Assembly (NCBI GenBank): GCA_050230475.1
Contig: JBFLGF010000049.1
Span: forward strand, 1 to 64,000
DNA: 64,000 nt
DNA from: Ancylonema sp.
Taxonomy: Eukaryota
Direction of reading: 5' to 3'
Under the pieces are notes generated by a model. That model was not told the origin of the DNA. It ran no database searches and saw only the letters and a list, made by a program, of their open reading frames with translations. This document shows, piece by piece, positions 25,467-38,399 of the stretch (its first letter is position 1; each line of letters begins with the position of its first letter). Position numbers and translations under genes: made by a program.

Positions 25467-27702
25467 ACTGTGATAACACCAAATAACTTACCACCACATA
25501 ACTTAACAGGGCCATATTCTTAAACCTATTAAATACCTAAAAATTGACAATCATCAATAAAAATTAGCGTTCTACACGAAAAACAAAACCCGAATTCTGA
25601 TCTCTGAATTTCGATTTATGTGTGTGGGCATTCTACTAATATTCTTCATGCATTTTTTATACTTCTTGCACATACATGTCTAGGGAAATTTGATAAATAC
25701 ATGACCAATATTTATTTACCTCGATAATTGACAATGTGGATGAATCAATGTGGTGAAAGGCACCATAACTTTCGTAGACAAAGGTTAAAAGGACCTCACA
25801 AATGCTCTTCCCGTCGTAACCTTAATCATCGTAACAAGTAGATGAATCTCCCTCTCCGTACGACGACTCCAAAACCGAAATAATGAAAGAAAACGAAATG
25901 AATCGCTTAGCTCAAACTCTACACGTACAATAACCATCTTGCAAACCCATGCACCCTCGGTCCCGAATGCATAGAAAGACTCCACAAGAGCAGAATCCCT
26001 CGTCATCTCCCTCTTCCTGACAACACATATAATGTCACTCCCCAAACGACGACTTTTGGACCACAACATGCATTCGATTACATCCAACTATATCCACACG
26101 CCCAACTATAATTCCAAAAAGTGTGATCACCAACACCCTCGACCCTAAACCGTGGCCATGGATTCTTCATCCAAGAAAGTAAGTGTTCCGACTATAGCGA
26201 CAACTTTGCCATCTTAATCACTTGTGAAACCGTCTCGACGCTTGTTTCGACAACAAGTGTGTCCAACCTTCGAAGTCAAGCTCATTTAAAAACGTGTTCA
26301 CCACAACCTCAAACCGTACTTGGTCATCGACGACATTGAGGCACACAAGCACTTCCGGATCTCCTTCGATAAGACCCAAATCTACATTCTCCTCTTCGGG
26401 GGAGTCCGATGACGCCACCTCTCCCATAATTGTCGTTCTTCTAGCCACCTCTAACGTGGCCGATGATGACCCCGCCGCCATTCCCGCCACCGAATCCAAA
26501 CTTTCCACCCGATGCTTCTTCCGTGGAATGGGTGTGAAATTTATATGTTGCTCTGCTCTTCAATAAACTTGACGAGAGATGAAGTCCCACAAACATTCAC
26601 ATAAATTCGACGCTCTTTGATTACACGCATGAAAATGCCTCAAAAACCTGATTATTATTCGTTGGCGTATTTAAATCATCTGTGGTACCACACGATTTTA
26701 TTGCACACAGGTGCATATAAACACCTCTTCTATTGTCGATAATCTAATCATTTTTCATGTCGACATTAGGCGGTCCTTCAACTCTTACACCTCATCTACT
26801 CTCAAACACCATCAAAACTATTCGCCACCTCCGCGTTTTGGCCTAACGTGACATCAACGATATCACGGATACGTTTCAAACATCTACAAGTTTTCACGAC
26901 ACGTGGTACTCATAAAACCCGTTGCGTCTCCCTCATCAACCCTCCACCTAGTGTGTGGTTAATTAACCACGACATCGGTGCCAAAGCACGTCCCACGCGC
27001 TCTTTGAAACAATGACTTGGATTGGCCTTGACATAGTTTGCAAACAAATTTAAAATGTATTGGTTACCATATAGTGTCCTTCTCGATACCTATCAATATG
27101 ACACAACTTCCAATATGCGTCATTACGCTCTCATCCGCCCCTCCAAAAAAAATTATCCTCCCTCAGTCCCCGAGTTTGAGATTAATATATGTTGTGAAGG
27201 TGACAAGATTGGAACAAGGTCACAATAACCGATGGCGAAGGTGAAAAAACAATTTCGTACTCCGTCCAACTTACACGCCATGAAGCCTGCGATACAAGAC
27301 GTCTAATAATGGTTTTTATTCCTCTTCTCCAACTTCGTGAAGTGTTCCCACCGAGGGCCCAATGGCCTCCCCCCTTTTCGTGCGACACGTGCTTGACAAA
27401 GCATGTGAAAAGCATCCCTCGACACGCCACCGTCAATTTGATGATTTCAGTAGCTACAAATATGTAGTATGCGTTTCCCAAAGAATTTTACTACAACTCA
27501 CCGATCATTTTTTATTTTTTTCATTGCCCAAAAGATGGACAGGCGGAACAACCGGAGAGAAACGAGGCAGACGTTCGACGCTCATACGTGGTGTAGCCTA
27601 AGTGGTTACTTGAGATTTGAAGTATTAAGAACATTACCGCACGTCAAGGGTCCAGATTTTCTTTCAGGTTGATCAACCTTGATTGGAAAACATAATTAAT
27701 GG

Positions 27703-28232
27703 CATAATTGGCCCCGCCCCGCAAATCCCGCCCCGCTTCCCACCTCGGGCGGCGCCCCGGGCGGAAAATATCCCGCCCGGGGCGGGGTCATAGAGATTTT
27801 TTAATTTTTTCGCAAAAGGACCCCAAGACCACGTGAATCATGTACATATTTTTAAAACTCAGATTTGACAAGTATTAAAGATTTTATAACACTAAGTACG
27901 CCTCCCTTCTTTATTCGTGTAATATTTTTTTGTATATCTCAAGCTTTTTTTTTTTGGTTTTTTTTTTTAATCGTATTACACCACATCACGCCACGGAGTC
28001 GGAATCATGGGTGAAATTAGATGATGTCGGACTTGTGGCGTATGGTGCACATTGTGCAAGAAATCGATTTTTGACAAAACCAGCCACATCTCCGCATTGC
28101 GGCATTTGTTTTTTGTGGTATTTTGGCCTATGTCTTCGCCCCGCAAATCCCGCCCCGCTTTTTCGCCCCGGGCGAGACCGCCCCGGGCGGCGCCCCGGGT
28201 GAAAAACCCCGCCCGGGGCGGGGCCAATTGTG
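27703..28232. mobile_element. Non-autonomous hAT element with GC-rich ends
   Basis: TIR CATAATTGGCCCCGCCCCG..CGGGGCGGGGCCAATTGTG; perfect 8-bp TSD ATTAATGG. Confidence 0.9.
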
Positions 28233-30342
28233 ATTAATGGTCTTAAACTGGTGTAGTTGTAAAGGTTTATCAACCCTACTTAGATCAACAAACCTACTAT
28301 TGAATGTCATTATATCGTGTACATATCGGTACTTATTTCGCAAGACAATGAACCCATATGTGTAAAATTCTAGAAGTCTAGAAAATCCTTAAAAAAGTCG
28401 TGAGGTGGTACCTGTTTGTATTTGTATGACGCATGTTAAAACACACATAGAGCATTGAAGCATAATTCAACGACAAAAGTATGTCATCAACATGTTTTGA
28501 ACACAAGAAAATTTTCATTTGCATAATTTTCGAATTCCCTCCATATTGTCACACTAACATCAAATTGTAGTTATATTATACTACCCAAACAAATGCGCGG
28601 CATTTATGTACTTTCCAAGACCTCTCCCGATATCAAGAGCACGTTATAAGTCTATATCTTTAAATGTATCAAATCTTCCATCGCGGGAGAAATATTTCAA
28701 AACAATCGAACCCTGACTCATTACTTGAAAACTAGTAAACAAGGTAATATGGATGACGAATTTCAAAAGAGGTTAACTATCAAACGACGATCAGATCATA
28801 ACGACATCCAAATAGAGGCCTAGCTAGTAGCTAGTAGCTAGTCGCTAGTACAATGCTTAACTTCGTCGACAAAAGCATGATTGCACCCTGACGTCGATTA
28901 GGGTTATACGCGGCGTCTATGCGGCGTATACGTTAACTTTTGCTGCCAATCGTGTGAGTCCCATACGTCTGGAGAAAAATACTCATATTACGGGTGGAGG
29001 TATGGGTGTGTAAGAGTGATAAAGTGAGGTGATGAAGGTCAATGAAGTAACTTCGATTTGGAAGGCGAGGAAGGAAGGGAACAAAAGTGAAAAATGGTGT
29101 GTTTTTTCCATGTAATTTATAATTTATACTCGATACTAAGTAAATGTGTTGTTTGCATGTTGAAATGAATGGGGAGTAATGATTTGAAAGAGAAGAAGAT
29201 CAGATGAACTAAAAATTGTGGGAAAGGAATGGGAAAAACAGGGAAGAGGAAAATCATAAAATACTTACAATACATCAATACATTAAATGCTTGATTGGGC
29301 GTTCACGTACACTTGCAAACACTCAACACTAATATTCATCCACTTTATGTCATAAAGAGGGCCCACACGTCTAGATTGAGATCGTTTACATCCAGCTCCT
29401 TTTTCGAAAATAGTGAGATTCATGATTTTTTCGATTTCAATCTATATTTTCGATTCGATTTTATGGTCTATCTATCCACCTATTTCCCATGTAATTCGAA
29501 GCAATGCGAGGCCCAACCGCCACACTCGCCCAACCTCCATGCTTGTTGGTTGGGCAGTCGAATGGTGTGTGGATTGAGGGTCGACCACGGCTGGGGTTTG
29601 GTGGGGGTCGCCTAACCACCCGCCAAACGATCAAAGGTGGGGTCGTCCCGCTTTGGCAGGTGGCCAGTGGGCGGAGGGGAGCACTGCCACCTGTTGTTCT
29701 ATCCGGCAACTTCCGGCCGCTGCTTCCTTCCATGTTTATGCCGTTTGATTGGTTTCTGTGATATCTACACCAGGTTACGTCTGACACCTGGCCGATGACA
29801 GCCGTCATCCCAGTGGGGCCTCGTCAACAATAATTGTCCTGTGCTGCCGGTGCACGTGAGCAACTGCCATACGACAAATCCGGGAGCACCAATATCCTTT
29901 CGCCTGCTACAAGACGACACCAGTCGCGCCTCATACCATGCTTTTGTTGCTTCGTGTCGTCGACTCAAAAGGACGGCGGGAGAGGTACGGCGGGAGAAGT
30001 ACTATTGTACTATTGTAACTGTTGTAGAAGGGGTGGCTTGTCGAAGTAGTAACTGACAATATTAGCAGTCCAGTACACGGCGTTGAGTCTGATGAGTCTG
30101 TGCATCTCGGAACAAGGCAGGTTGAAAAGAGATGCGGTTGCATGTAGTCATCAGAAGCTGCCGTAATTATGGGTCACCGGAGTCTAGCATCCTGTAGCAA
30201 AGGTCAATTTCGCGGTTCTGAAGGATTTTTGGATGGCGCCGGGTACCGTTGTCAACATGGATAAAATACCAAGTATGCAACTCGTGCGCATTTCCCTATA
30301 AGAGGCAATTGGATTACTGCTGCAACTCCCACAGCGTCGGCC

Positions 30343-33300
30343 ATGCAAGGGAACGGACATGGCCCCTTTCACAAGGAGCCTGGGACGCTGAGCTTAGATG
30401 CTCACGTCGTCTCAAATAACGCGCCGGAAGAGCCAGAGCCACAGTCAGGAATTTTTGCTTCTCTACGGAGCCTCGGGCTCAGAGTTTGGAGTTTTGCCAC
30501 TGGCAACTTCCACCAACGATCTTCCGCTGGGGAATCCCCAACTGCACTAAGGCTGCGCAAGAGGCGCAGAAATTTTGTGCTTGCGTGTCTCCTTGTGGCA
30601 ATCCTGTCGGCCGTAGTAGCATTTGTGGTGTCTTATTTCAAAGAACGTCATAGTTTTTACGAAACGCTCACCGACTATTGCTCCCAGCAGTCCAATGTCC
30701 TCGCCAACAATTTTGAAGCGGAGTTGACGCAAGTAGGCGTTCTGGCTGAGACGATCAGGTACGAGTGCGAGGTCCGAACCACCAATTGCGCGAGCACGCG
30801 TGCGCTTTGCAAGTCGTCAGTCTGTGACATGCCTGGTGGGGCGGTCGCAGGACGTTCACTGTGGGTATGAACCCGCCAGTGCTGACTCAGGAAGTGTACC
30901 ACACGTACGTCGACGCCATCACATTCTCCCTCCCTGCCCTGCTATACGTGGGCTTCGCGCAGCTAGTCTCACATGCTGACAGGTCAGACAATGCGCCTCT
31001 CACCCTCGACATTGGCATCGTTATTGGCGATGTGCTTCTGTAGGCCCTCGAGATTGACGACATATTTTTATGGCGGGCTCAGAGCAACATTCGAGGCGTC
31101 GAACCGTCTTCCGATCCGGAACTACTTGACCAACCTGACAGAAACCGAGCACGCCACGTATGCCCCCCTGCTCCTCACTCAGAACTTGGATGTGCATCTC
31201 AGAGGATACGATCTCTTCTCGCGTAAGGCCCCCTTCTCTTCCTCCGCGCCCCTACTACCCTTCGCCCCTCACGGTCTCACCCGTGTACCTGTGGTCTTCT
31301 GGGGTTTCCTGTGGTTTTCTGGGGTTTCCTGGGGTTTCCTGTGGTTTTCTGGGGTTTCCTGGGGTTTTTCGTGGTTTTCTCTGGGGTTCCTGTGCAGTGA
31401 CACCGGGCGACGTGAGTTTGAGGGTGAAAGACAGCTGGCAGACCTCCTCTACAGTGTTCAGCCCGCCCCTCCCGCCCCACACCGGATCAGGCAACCAGCT
31501 GCAGATTGTTCTGCCCGTCACCAACTACTCCTCCTCCTATAGCGCCTTCGAACGATCCAACCCCGCAAACCCGTAAGGCTTAACTTGAAGGCTAACAACT
31601 CGCCTAACTAGGCTAGCAAGACGTCTAAGTAGCTTGTCTGGGGAGAGAGGGTGGTGCAGGCAACTCTACGAGCCTACAACTACAGGGTTTGTGATGGTAA
31701 GTGCCTCAACCCCTTTGACCGGGGGGGGGGAGGTATCCTCCGTTTCAGTAAACGGACGCAGACGACTGAACTCAGGGTTGAAGTGTCGTGTGGGGTTCAG
31801 ATGTCCTTCGACCTTTCCCGGGTGATCCAAATCACTCAAAACCTCACGGAGTCGACGGGCTACTCCCCCCACCTCCTTCTGGCCATCGCTGACGTCACCG
31901 ACCCGACCACCCCCCTGCCGCTCGGGGGGGCCCCCCTGGGGGACCCAAATTTCAACCGCACCAATTTCGGCGCTTCTGTCCCGCTGGACCTCGTCACCCC
32001 CGGGCGAAACTACGAGCTGTGGTGCAGGTACGGCCCCTCGCCTCTTCCCCAGTCGAGCCCGGGGCTCACCCCTCCGTGGGTGGATGGGTGTTGACGCGGT
32101 TGGGGTTTGGGGTTTCGGGTTTGGGGTTTGGGATTTGGGGTTGCGGTTTCGGGGTGGGGGGGTTGGGTGTGGGTCAGCTACGAGAGCACGAGGTTCTACC
32201 CCGCCTCCTCCCTGGGCCTCTTTGGGGTGGTCCTGGTGGTGGCCCTGGTCCTCGTCTTCCTGGTGTGGATCCTTGTGATGCGGATTCAGGTGGTGGAGGC
32301 GGACGTCACGCGTGTCAGAGCGCTCAACACGGCGCTCAAGAAGGCCAAGCGAGCCGCGGAGACGGCGGACGAATCCAAGTAAGGGAGGGAGTGAGGGAGG
32401 GAGGGAGGGAGGGAGGGAGGGGTGGAGGGAGGGAGGGGGGGAGGGAGGGATGGGGGGAGAGAGGGAGAAACCCCTGAACCCCAAAACCTCGGATCGTACT
32501 TCCGGATTCTTCTTGACGATTGTTCTCATTCAATGTCGGTGGGGGGGGGTTCTTCGCAGGTCCAAGTTTCTTGCGACCATGAGTCACGAAATCCGTACGC
32601 CCCTCCCCTCTCCTCGCTTCCCCTCTCGTCCCCTCTCCCGTGGCAGGGCCTGTTTTGGCTAACACAAGCCACGAGATCCGCACGCCCAAATGGAACGGAA
32701 CAGACTATGAGTGACACTTAGAGAGGGCACTTCTAGGCATCTCATCTCGTGTCTGAACAGCTTCACCACATAAGAAACTGTGCGGCAGATAAAGTAAAAA
32801 AGAACGGGCTTTTCTCGTTGTGAAACCGTCATGATAACCGTTCAGGTACTCCCATGAACGGCGTGCTCGGCATGCTTGGCCTTCTGCTCGACACGGATCA
32901 GACGAGTCTCCAGAGGGAGTACACGGCCACCGCCCTGACCAGCGGCAAGGCCCTGGTGTCTCTCATCAGCGACATCCTCGACCTGTCCAAGATCGACAGC
33001 GGACACATGGATTTGGAGTCCATCCCATTTGACGTGTCCGTGGAGGTGGACGACACCGTATCTCTCTTCGAGTTCAAGGCGGCGGAGAAGGGCATCCAGG
33101 TGGCAGCGCTCGTACAGCTGGCACTCCCTGACAGGCTCATCGGCGACCCCAGCAGGTTCCGACAGGTACCTGACTTCATCTTGACGTTGATTTTGACCTT
33201 GACTTTGACCTTCACCCCCGTGCTCTGCACAAACCCCTCTTGCCAGAGGGCTCCCGGCTCAAATCCTTAGGTTTTGGGGTTTGGGGTTTGGGGTTTTTGG

Positions 33301-35690
33301 TTCAGGTCCTGAACAACCTCCTGAGCAACGCCCTGAAGTTCACTGCGGAAGGCCACGTGCTCATATGCGTGAGGATGGCGGAAGAGGAGGACCACGTCCA
33401 CCCCCGCCTACCCCCCACCCCCACCCTGCCCCCCCTGGAACGATCCTCCACTGAATTCAGCGGCTACTCCACCCCCACCCCCACCCCCCCGCCTATGTCC
33501 GGCATCCTGCAGACCTACTCCTCCCTTACTTCCTGGATGTCCAAGGGCCAGGGACAGGGCCAGGGTAATCCTGAGGAAGGGGACCTGGAGATGGCCCTGG
33601 CGTCTGACCGCTCCTCCCTCCAGGGCCCCCCCAGCCCCCTCAGTGTCTGCTCTGTCAGGAGCTTCAGCTTCTCGGCGGATCCAGGGCACCCCACCCGCGT
33701 TTCTGGGAAGGGGTCAGGCCCTCTCCCGCGCCCCTCCCTGGAGAATCTCGAGGAGGAAGAGAGCCAACCCACCCGCCCCCCCGGGAAACCGACCAGGTCC
33801 CGTCCCCCACCCTCGTTCGTACGAAGGTCGGCGACCAACCCCCTGGCAACCCACGGGGAGTCCAGCGAAGCCTCCGCCAATAAATACCACCTCACAGGGG
33901 GGACCAACCCCGCCCCCAACCCCCCCCCAATCTCCGTCTGGGACGGGGAGGAGACGGAGGCAAAGCGTCGCACCCACTACCGTACATACAGCGGGCTAGA
34001 GGTGGCCGACCGAGGGCACGAGCTCAGGAAAGTCCGTCAGTGGGCGCGGAAAGAGGACATCCCCCCCAACAAATCGGGCACTGTGCGCCTGCTGGTGAGC
34101 GTGGAGGACACGGGGTGCGGCATCCCTGTCGAGGCCCAGGGCCGAATCATGCAGCCGTTCATGCAGGCGGACTCCTCCACCTCCCGCCAGTACGGGGGGA
34201 CGGGGATCGGGCTGAGCATCAGCAGGAGGCTGGCGGAACTTATGGGGGGGGGGCTGTCGTTCACATCCCAGCCGGGGGTGGGGACCTGCTTCCGGTTCGA
34301 TATCGAGCTCGGGGTGCCGGGGGGGGGGGGGGAGGGGGAGAGGGCGCCTGAACCCCCCTCCCCCGTGGAGCTGAGGATGCGCGGGGGGGGGGCGGAAGCG
34401 GAGTGGGTGGGGAAGCTGAGAGGCATGCGTGTGCTGCTCATCGACGACTTGGACGTGAGGAGGGAAGTGAGCGCGTCGCATTTCCGGCGACTTGGGATGG
34501 AGGTCGAGCTCGCAAACTCGAGAGAAATGGAGGTGCTGTTGCTGCCCCCGCCCCCGCCGACCCCCACCCTCCCCCCCTCCGCCTCCCTGTCCTCCAATGG
34601 CTCCCCCCCCCCCGCCCTCCCCTCCTTCTCCCATGACTCCCATTCCTCCTCCCACCCCCCCCAACCGCCCAGCAGTCGCCAGCGGTTCGACCTGGTGGCC
34701 CTGGACTCGGACGCCCCCCGGGGGAAGATGACCTCCTCTTGGTTCAAACTGCCCCAGTATGAGATCGGGGGGGCGGGCCCCACCCCCCCCCTGCTCCTCC
34801 TCCTCTCCCGTCACGACGCGGTGATGGAATCCAAGGCGAAGAAGGTCGGATACAGGGCGGTGCTGCACAAGCCACTGAAAAAGGGACACCTGGCGGCCGT
34901 GCTGGTGGAGGCCCTGAACCTTAAACCCGCCCCCCTGCCGGGGGCGAGGGAGGCTGCGTCCAAGGAGGGCGGCAAGGAGGGGCGTAAGCTGCTAGAGGGG
35001 TTCCATTTTTTGGTGGTGGACGACAACCTGATTAACCGGAAGGTGGCCTCCAAGCTGCTGGCCAAGTTTGGGGCAAAGGTGGAGACGGCGGCGGGGGGAG
35101 AGTTGGCACTGAACATGCTGGAGGAAGGACACCAGTTCCACCTCATCTTCATGGATATCCAGGTCAGCAGGGGCAACAGGGTCAGCAGGGTCAGCAGGGT
35201 TAGCAGGGTGTACGTGGCGGGGGGGTAGGTGGGAATGATAGGGGGGCTGATTGGGGAGGGTGGGGGGTTGGGATGGGTGGTTGGGTGCAGATGCCCGACA
35301 TGGATGGGTATGAAACCACAGAGCATATCCGGGCCAGGGAGAAGGCAGCGGGGAAGGGGAAGCATGTGCCCATCGTCGCTATGACCGCAGATGTACTCAA
35401 AGTAAGGGGGGAGAGGGGAGGGAGGATCCCGACAGTAGGTTTGCCACGAAATCTGAATTGGGTCCCAAGTTTTTTTTTGGAGCCAAGCAAGATTGTGGGT
35501 ACGAGTTTTGTGTAGAGCAAGGGGGGAGGAGAATGTGACGATGGTGGTATTCGTTGTTGGGGTTCAGGGAACGCGGGAGAAATGTTTGGAGGCCGGCATG
35601 GATGACTACATTCCGAAGCCAATCAACGAGGGGCAGCTGCGCCAAACGGTCTTAAATTATTGCAAGCCTACAGAGGAGGAAGAGATATGA
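30343..35690 (+). CDS. CHASE-domain hybrid histidine kinase (cytokinin-receptor-like CHK), ~1257 aa, 12 exons
   Basis: Exons 30343-30758, 30851-30982, 31083-31222, 31398-31572, 31660-31696, 31801-32027, 32178-32378, 32560-32594, 32846-33165, 33306-35162, 35291-35401, 35568-35690 sum to 3774 nt in frame. Architecture TM-CHASE-TM, H-box KSKFLATMSHEIRTPMNG, NLLSNALKFT, VEDTGCGIP, YGGTGIGLSIS, receiver-like domain, and receiver VVDDNLINR..IFMDIQMPDMDG..MTAD..YIPKP. Confidence 0.93.
31290..31390 (+). repeat. Intronic tandem repeat, ~10-bp units G(G/T)GGTTT(C/T)CT
   Basis: About ten consecutive ggggtttcct / gtggttttct units in CHK intron 3. Confidence 0.85.
32098..32150 (+). repeat. Degenerate (TTTGGGG)n telomere-like intronic repeat; second tract at ~33268-33300
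   Basis: ggtttggggtttggggtttcgggtttggggtttgggatttgggg read directly. Confidence 0.75.
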
Positions 35691-36225
35691 GTCCCAGAAT
35701 TCTACTGCTGCCTTTTGTTTCTACGTACATACTTGGGACAAGGCACATTTACACGAAGTAGTCGGGCGGGGCGTCACACTCTCTCTAGAAAGTGGAGCTC
35801 TAGTGTGCAAGTGCATCGCTTACGATCACTCCACCAGGCTTTGTGTGCAGAAAAGAGACCGTTGCGCTCTTGTTGTGTATTTTATCGTTGTATATTTGAC
35901 AACCGATGTAAAGGTCTTCGGTGCCAATATTGTTTTCGTTGCCTATTGAGGTTTTCATTTTTAGGCCGACCACTTGAACATATCCTCTCGAGAGGGGGTG
36001 AAAGGAAGGAAGGAAGGACATATTGTTTGAAAGCTAGCGACTTCACTACGGTACAATTGTTTTGGAATTTAAATGTCGATCGAGACCGATGATGGGGAGA
36101 TTATCTATTTTTGCGGAAAAATACATCTCCGGTCGTCTTCTCATGTCGTGGGATTTTTTTTTGGTAGTGCATGTGAATGTGGATGTAAATGTGTACGTGT
36201 ATGAGTATGTACGAGTGTACGTGTA

Positions 36226-36462
36226 CCGTAGTGGCCATACATAATGACCCGGGTTTTAAGAAACGAATTAATTTAACTAAGAAACCACCACTTGACCCGA
36301 CCCGCGCACCCAGTATAAAATTTCTAAAAATCCTGAAAAATATTTATTATTTGGTGACCCACATTACAAAATGACCCACTTTTTGGAAAAAAATGAATTA
36401 CTAAATTTGACCCGACCCACCCTTCTCATAATTATTTGCGGGTCATTATGTTGTCAGTACGG
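36226..36462. mobile_element. Tc1/mariner-type MITE (family of 19228-19454)
   Basis: TA-CCGTAGTGGCCA..CAGTACGG-TA; shared interior ctaagaaaccaccacttgaccc. A decayed relative lies in the cullin intron from ~58518. Confidence 0.8.
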
Positions 36463-38399
36463 TATGCTTTAATGCTAGACTACGTGAAAGTTGGGATCTG
36501 GATGAAACCATCAAATAAAGCACGATCGAAAGAACCTAGTGGCTGATAGCTTCTCCGTAGTCACCAACATGTTCATTTTGGTGAAGGTTCTTGTGAGGGA
36601 AATCAAGAAAATAAGCCGAAAAATATTTAAGAAGTGGAGTATTTGGATTCTTTTTGGGTATACCAAGTGTGTAATTATTTATAGGATTTCTTTATGCCTA
36701 CAATTTTAACTTGATTTGGCACTAGATGAGTAGCACCGTACATGAGAATTGTTTGCGCTTGCGAAGGTGTTCAACCGTTGTTTCGATTTTTGTACTAGAA
36801 TATTGGTTTCATATTTACTTTCCCATTCACACCACTTGAAATCCAGGAACGTCGAGGGTGGTTTCTACCTTCAATGCCTAGCCAAATTGTTGCCCGGATC
36901 ACAACAACTCACCATTAAATATAGTCACCTCAGATGATGAGAGTCTTGGGTGTTTTTTCCTCGAAACTTGAAAGTGCGGTCGCACAAGGATAGATACATG
37001 CACAAAGAAACGCTACCAAAGAAACGGCATGAAATAAATGAAGAAGCATGGACACATGCACACTTAAACACGCTTGTGGCTCGTTCTGAGCAAATGTATG
37101 ATGTTACATGCCGTCACAGTTATCTCTCGGCGACGATGGGTGACTCCAACAAAAGAGCAAGCATCAAGAGAATGACACTTGTGGCGGGTGGCGAAAACTC
37201 TACCAAAAACAAGACAACAAGTATACCAACTTGAGTTGTTACTCAAGATCGGCGAGATCGAGAAAGTGCGGGCTCATGGCAAACTGCTCATAAGCAACCA
37301 GCTCATGTTAACGAACCACGCATGAGCACCGAGCCCAATACGTGCCGGGCTCATAGGGTCATAAACTTACACACTTATGGGCTTAGTTAGGTCGATGATT
37401 TTGCAATTTGAAAATGGGTAGTTTTACTAAGTGTACCACTCTAACATACGAGAATATTTGACTATTATCGTCATCCACAATGTTTGAAAATGTTAGGTAT
37501 GCAAACATGTTACGAGCTCATTGTTTCATTCGTTCGTCACCACCTCATAGGGAACAATCTCATAAGAGGAGACCACAATGAGTCTGGAACTAAGTGGAGA
37601 GATACGCTCATGAAGCTAGGAGCCTTGAATCCGATCCCTTCTTGGGCCCGGCGCTTGATTTGCCTCATTCTGTTTTTTTTAGCTTTCATGGCTTGACATT
37701 ACTAGCTTGCCTCATGGACAAAACTATTTATGGGCCCTTGTTGCTGATGTAGGAGATATGGTAATCGATATGAGAACTCTCGCACGTTGCTTTCACGGTT
37801 ATTTTATGTCTCAACGTCATGGTAGTGTCACGTCAACCTCCAAAACTTGGCCGAGATTCTACTTGGGCTTTGGCACAACCAACTCCGTATTGCACGCCAC
37901 AAAGGATAAAAAAGCAAAGAGGAAATATGGCTAAAGTAACGATGGGGAAAAGAGTCCGTGTGCATGTACATGCACCCAAGGTTAGCAGAAGGTTACACTT
38001 GGTATATTCTCCTTTTTGTGAAAATCTGGTATGAGTACGTATTCTTGGGGTGCACTCCTCCCTCCGCCCAAAATGTAATGAACAATAGCAAAAAGAAAAA
38101 AGAGTAGTTGTGAGAGAAGAAGACTCGCAGATACAAACCAAGTCGTGCAATCATATTGACGCCACAATAGTAAAACTTCGCATGGTGATTGAAAACCAAG
38201 AATGCCCATCTAACGGAATCGGAGAACACTTGGCACAAAGATTATTAACTTTCCGCAATGTAATGTTGACAAGAGTGACTCCGGACCACAAATACAGCGT
38301 ATCACCAAACGGGCTTAAAGATGGGGGGGGGAAGAGTGGTCATACGCACTATCAACAACAAATCGATATATTTACAAAGGATTTTATGTTAAGTGACTC

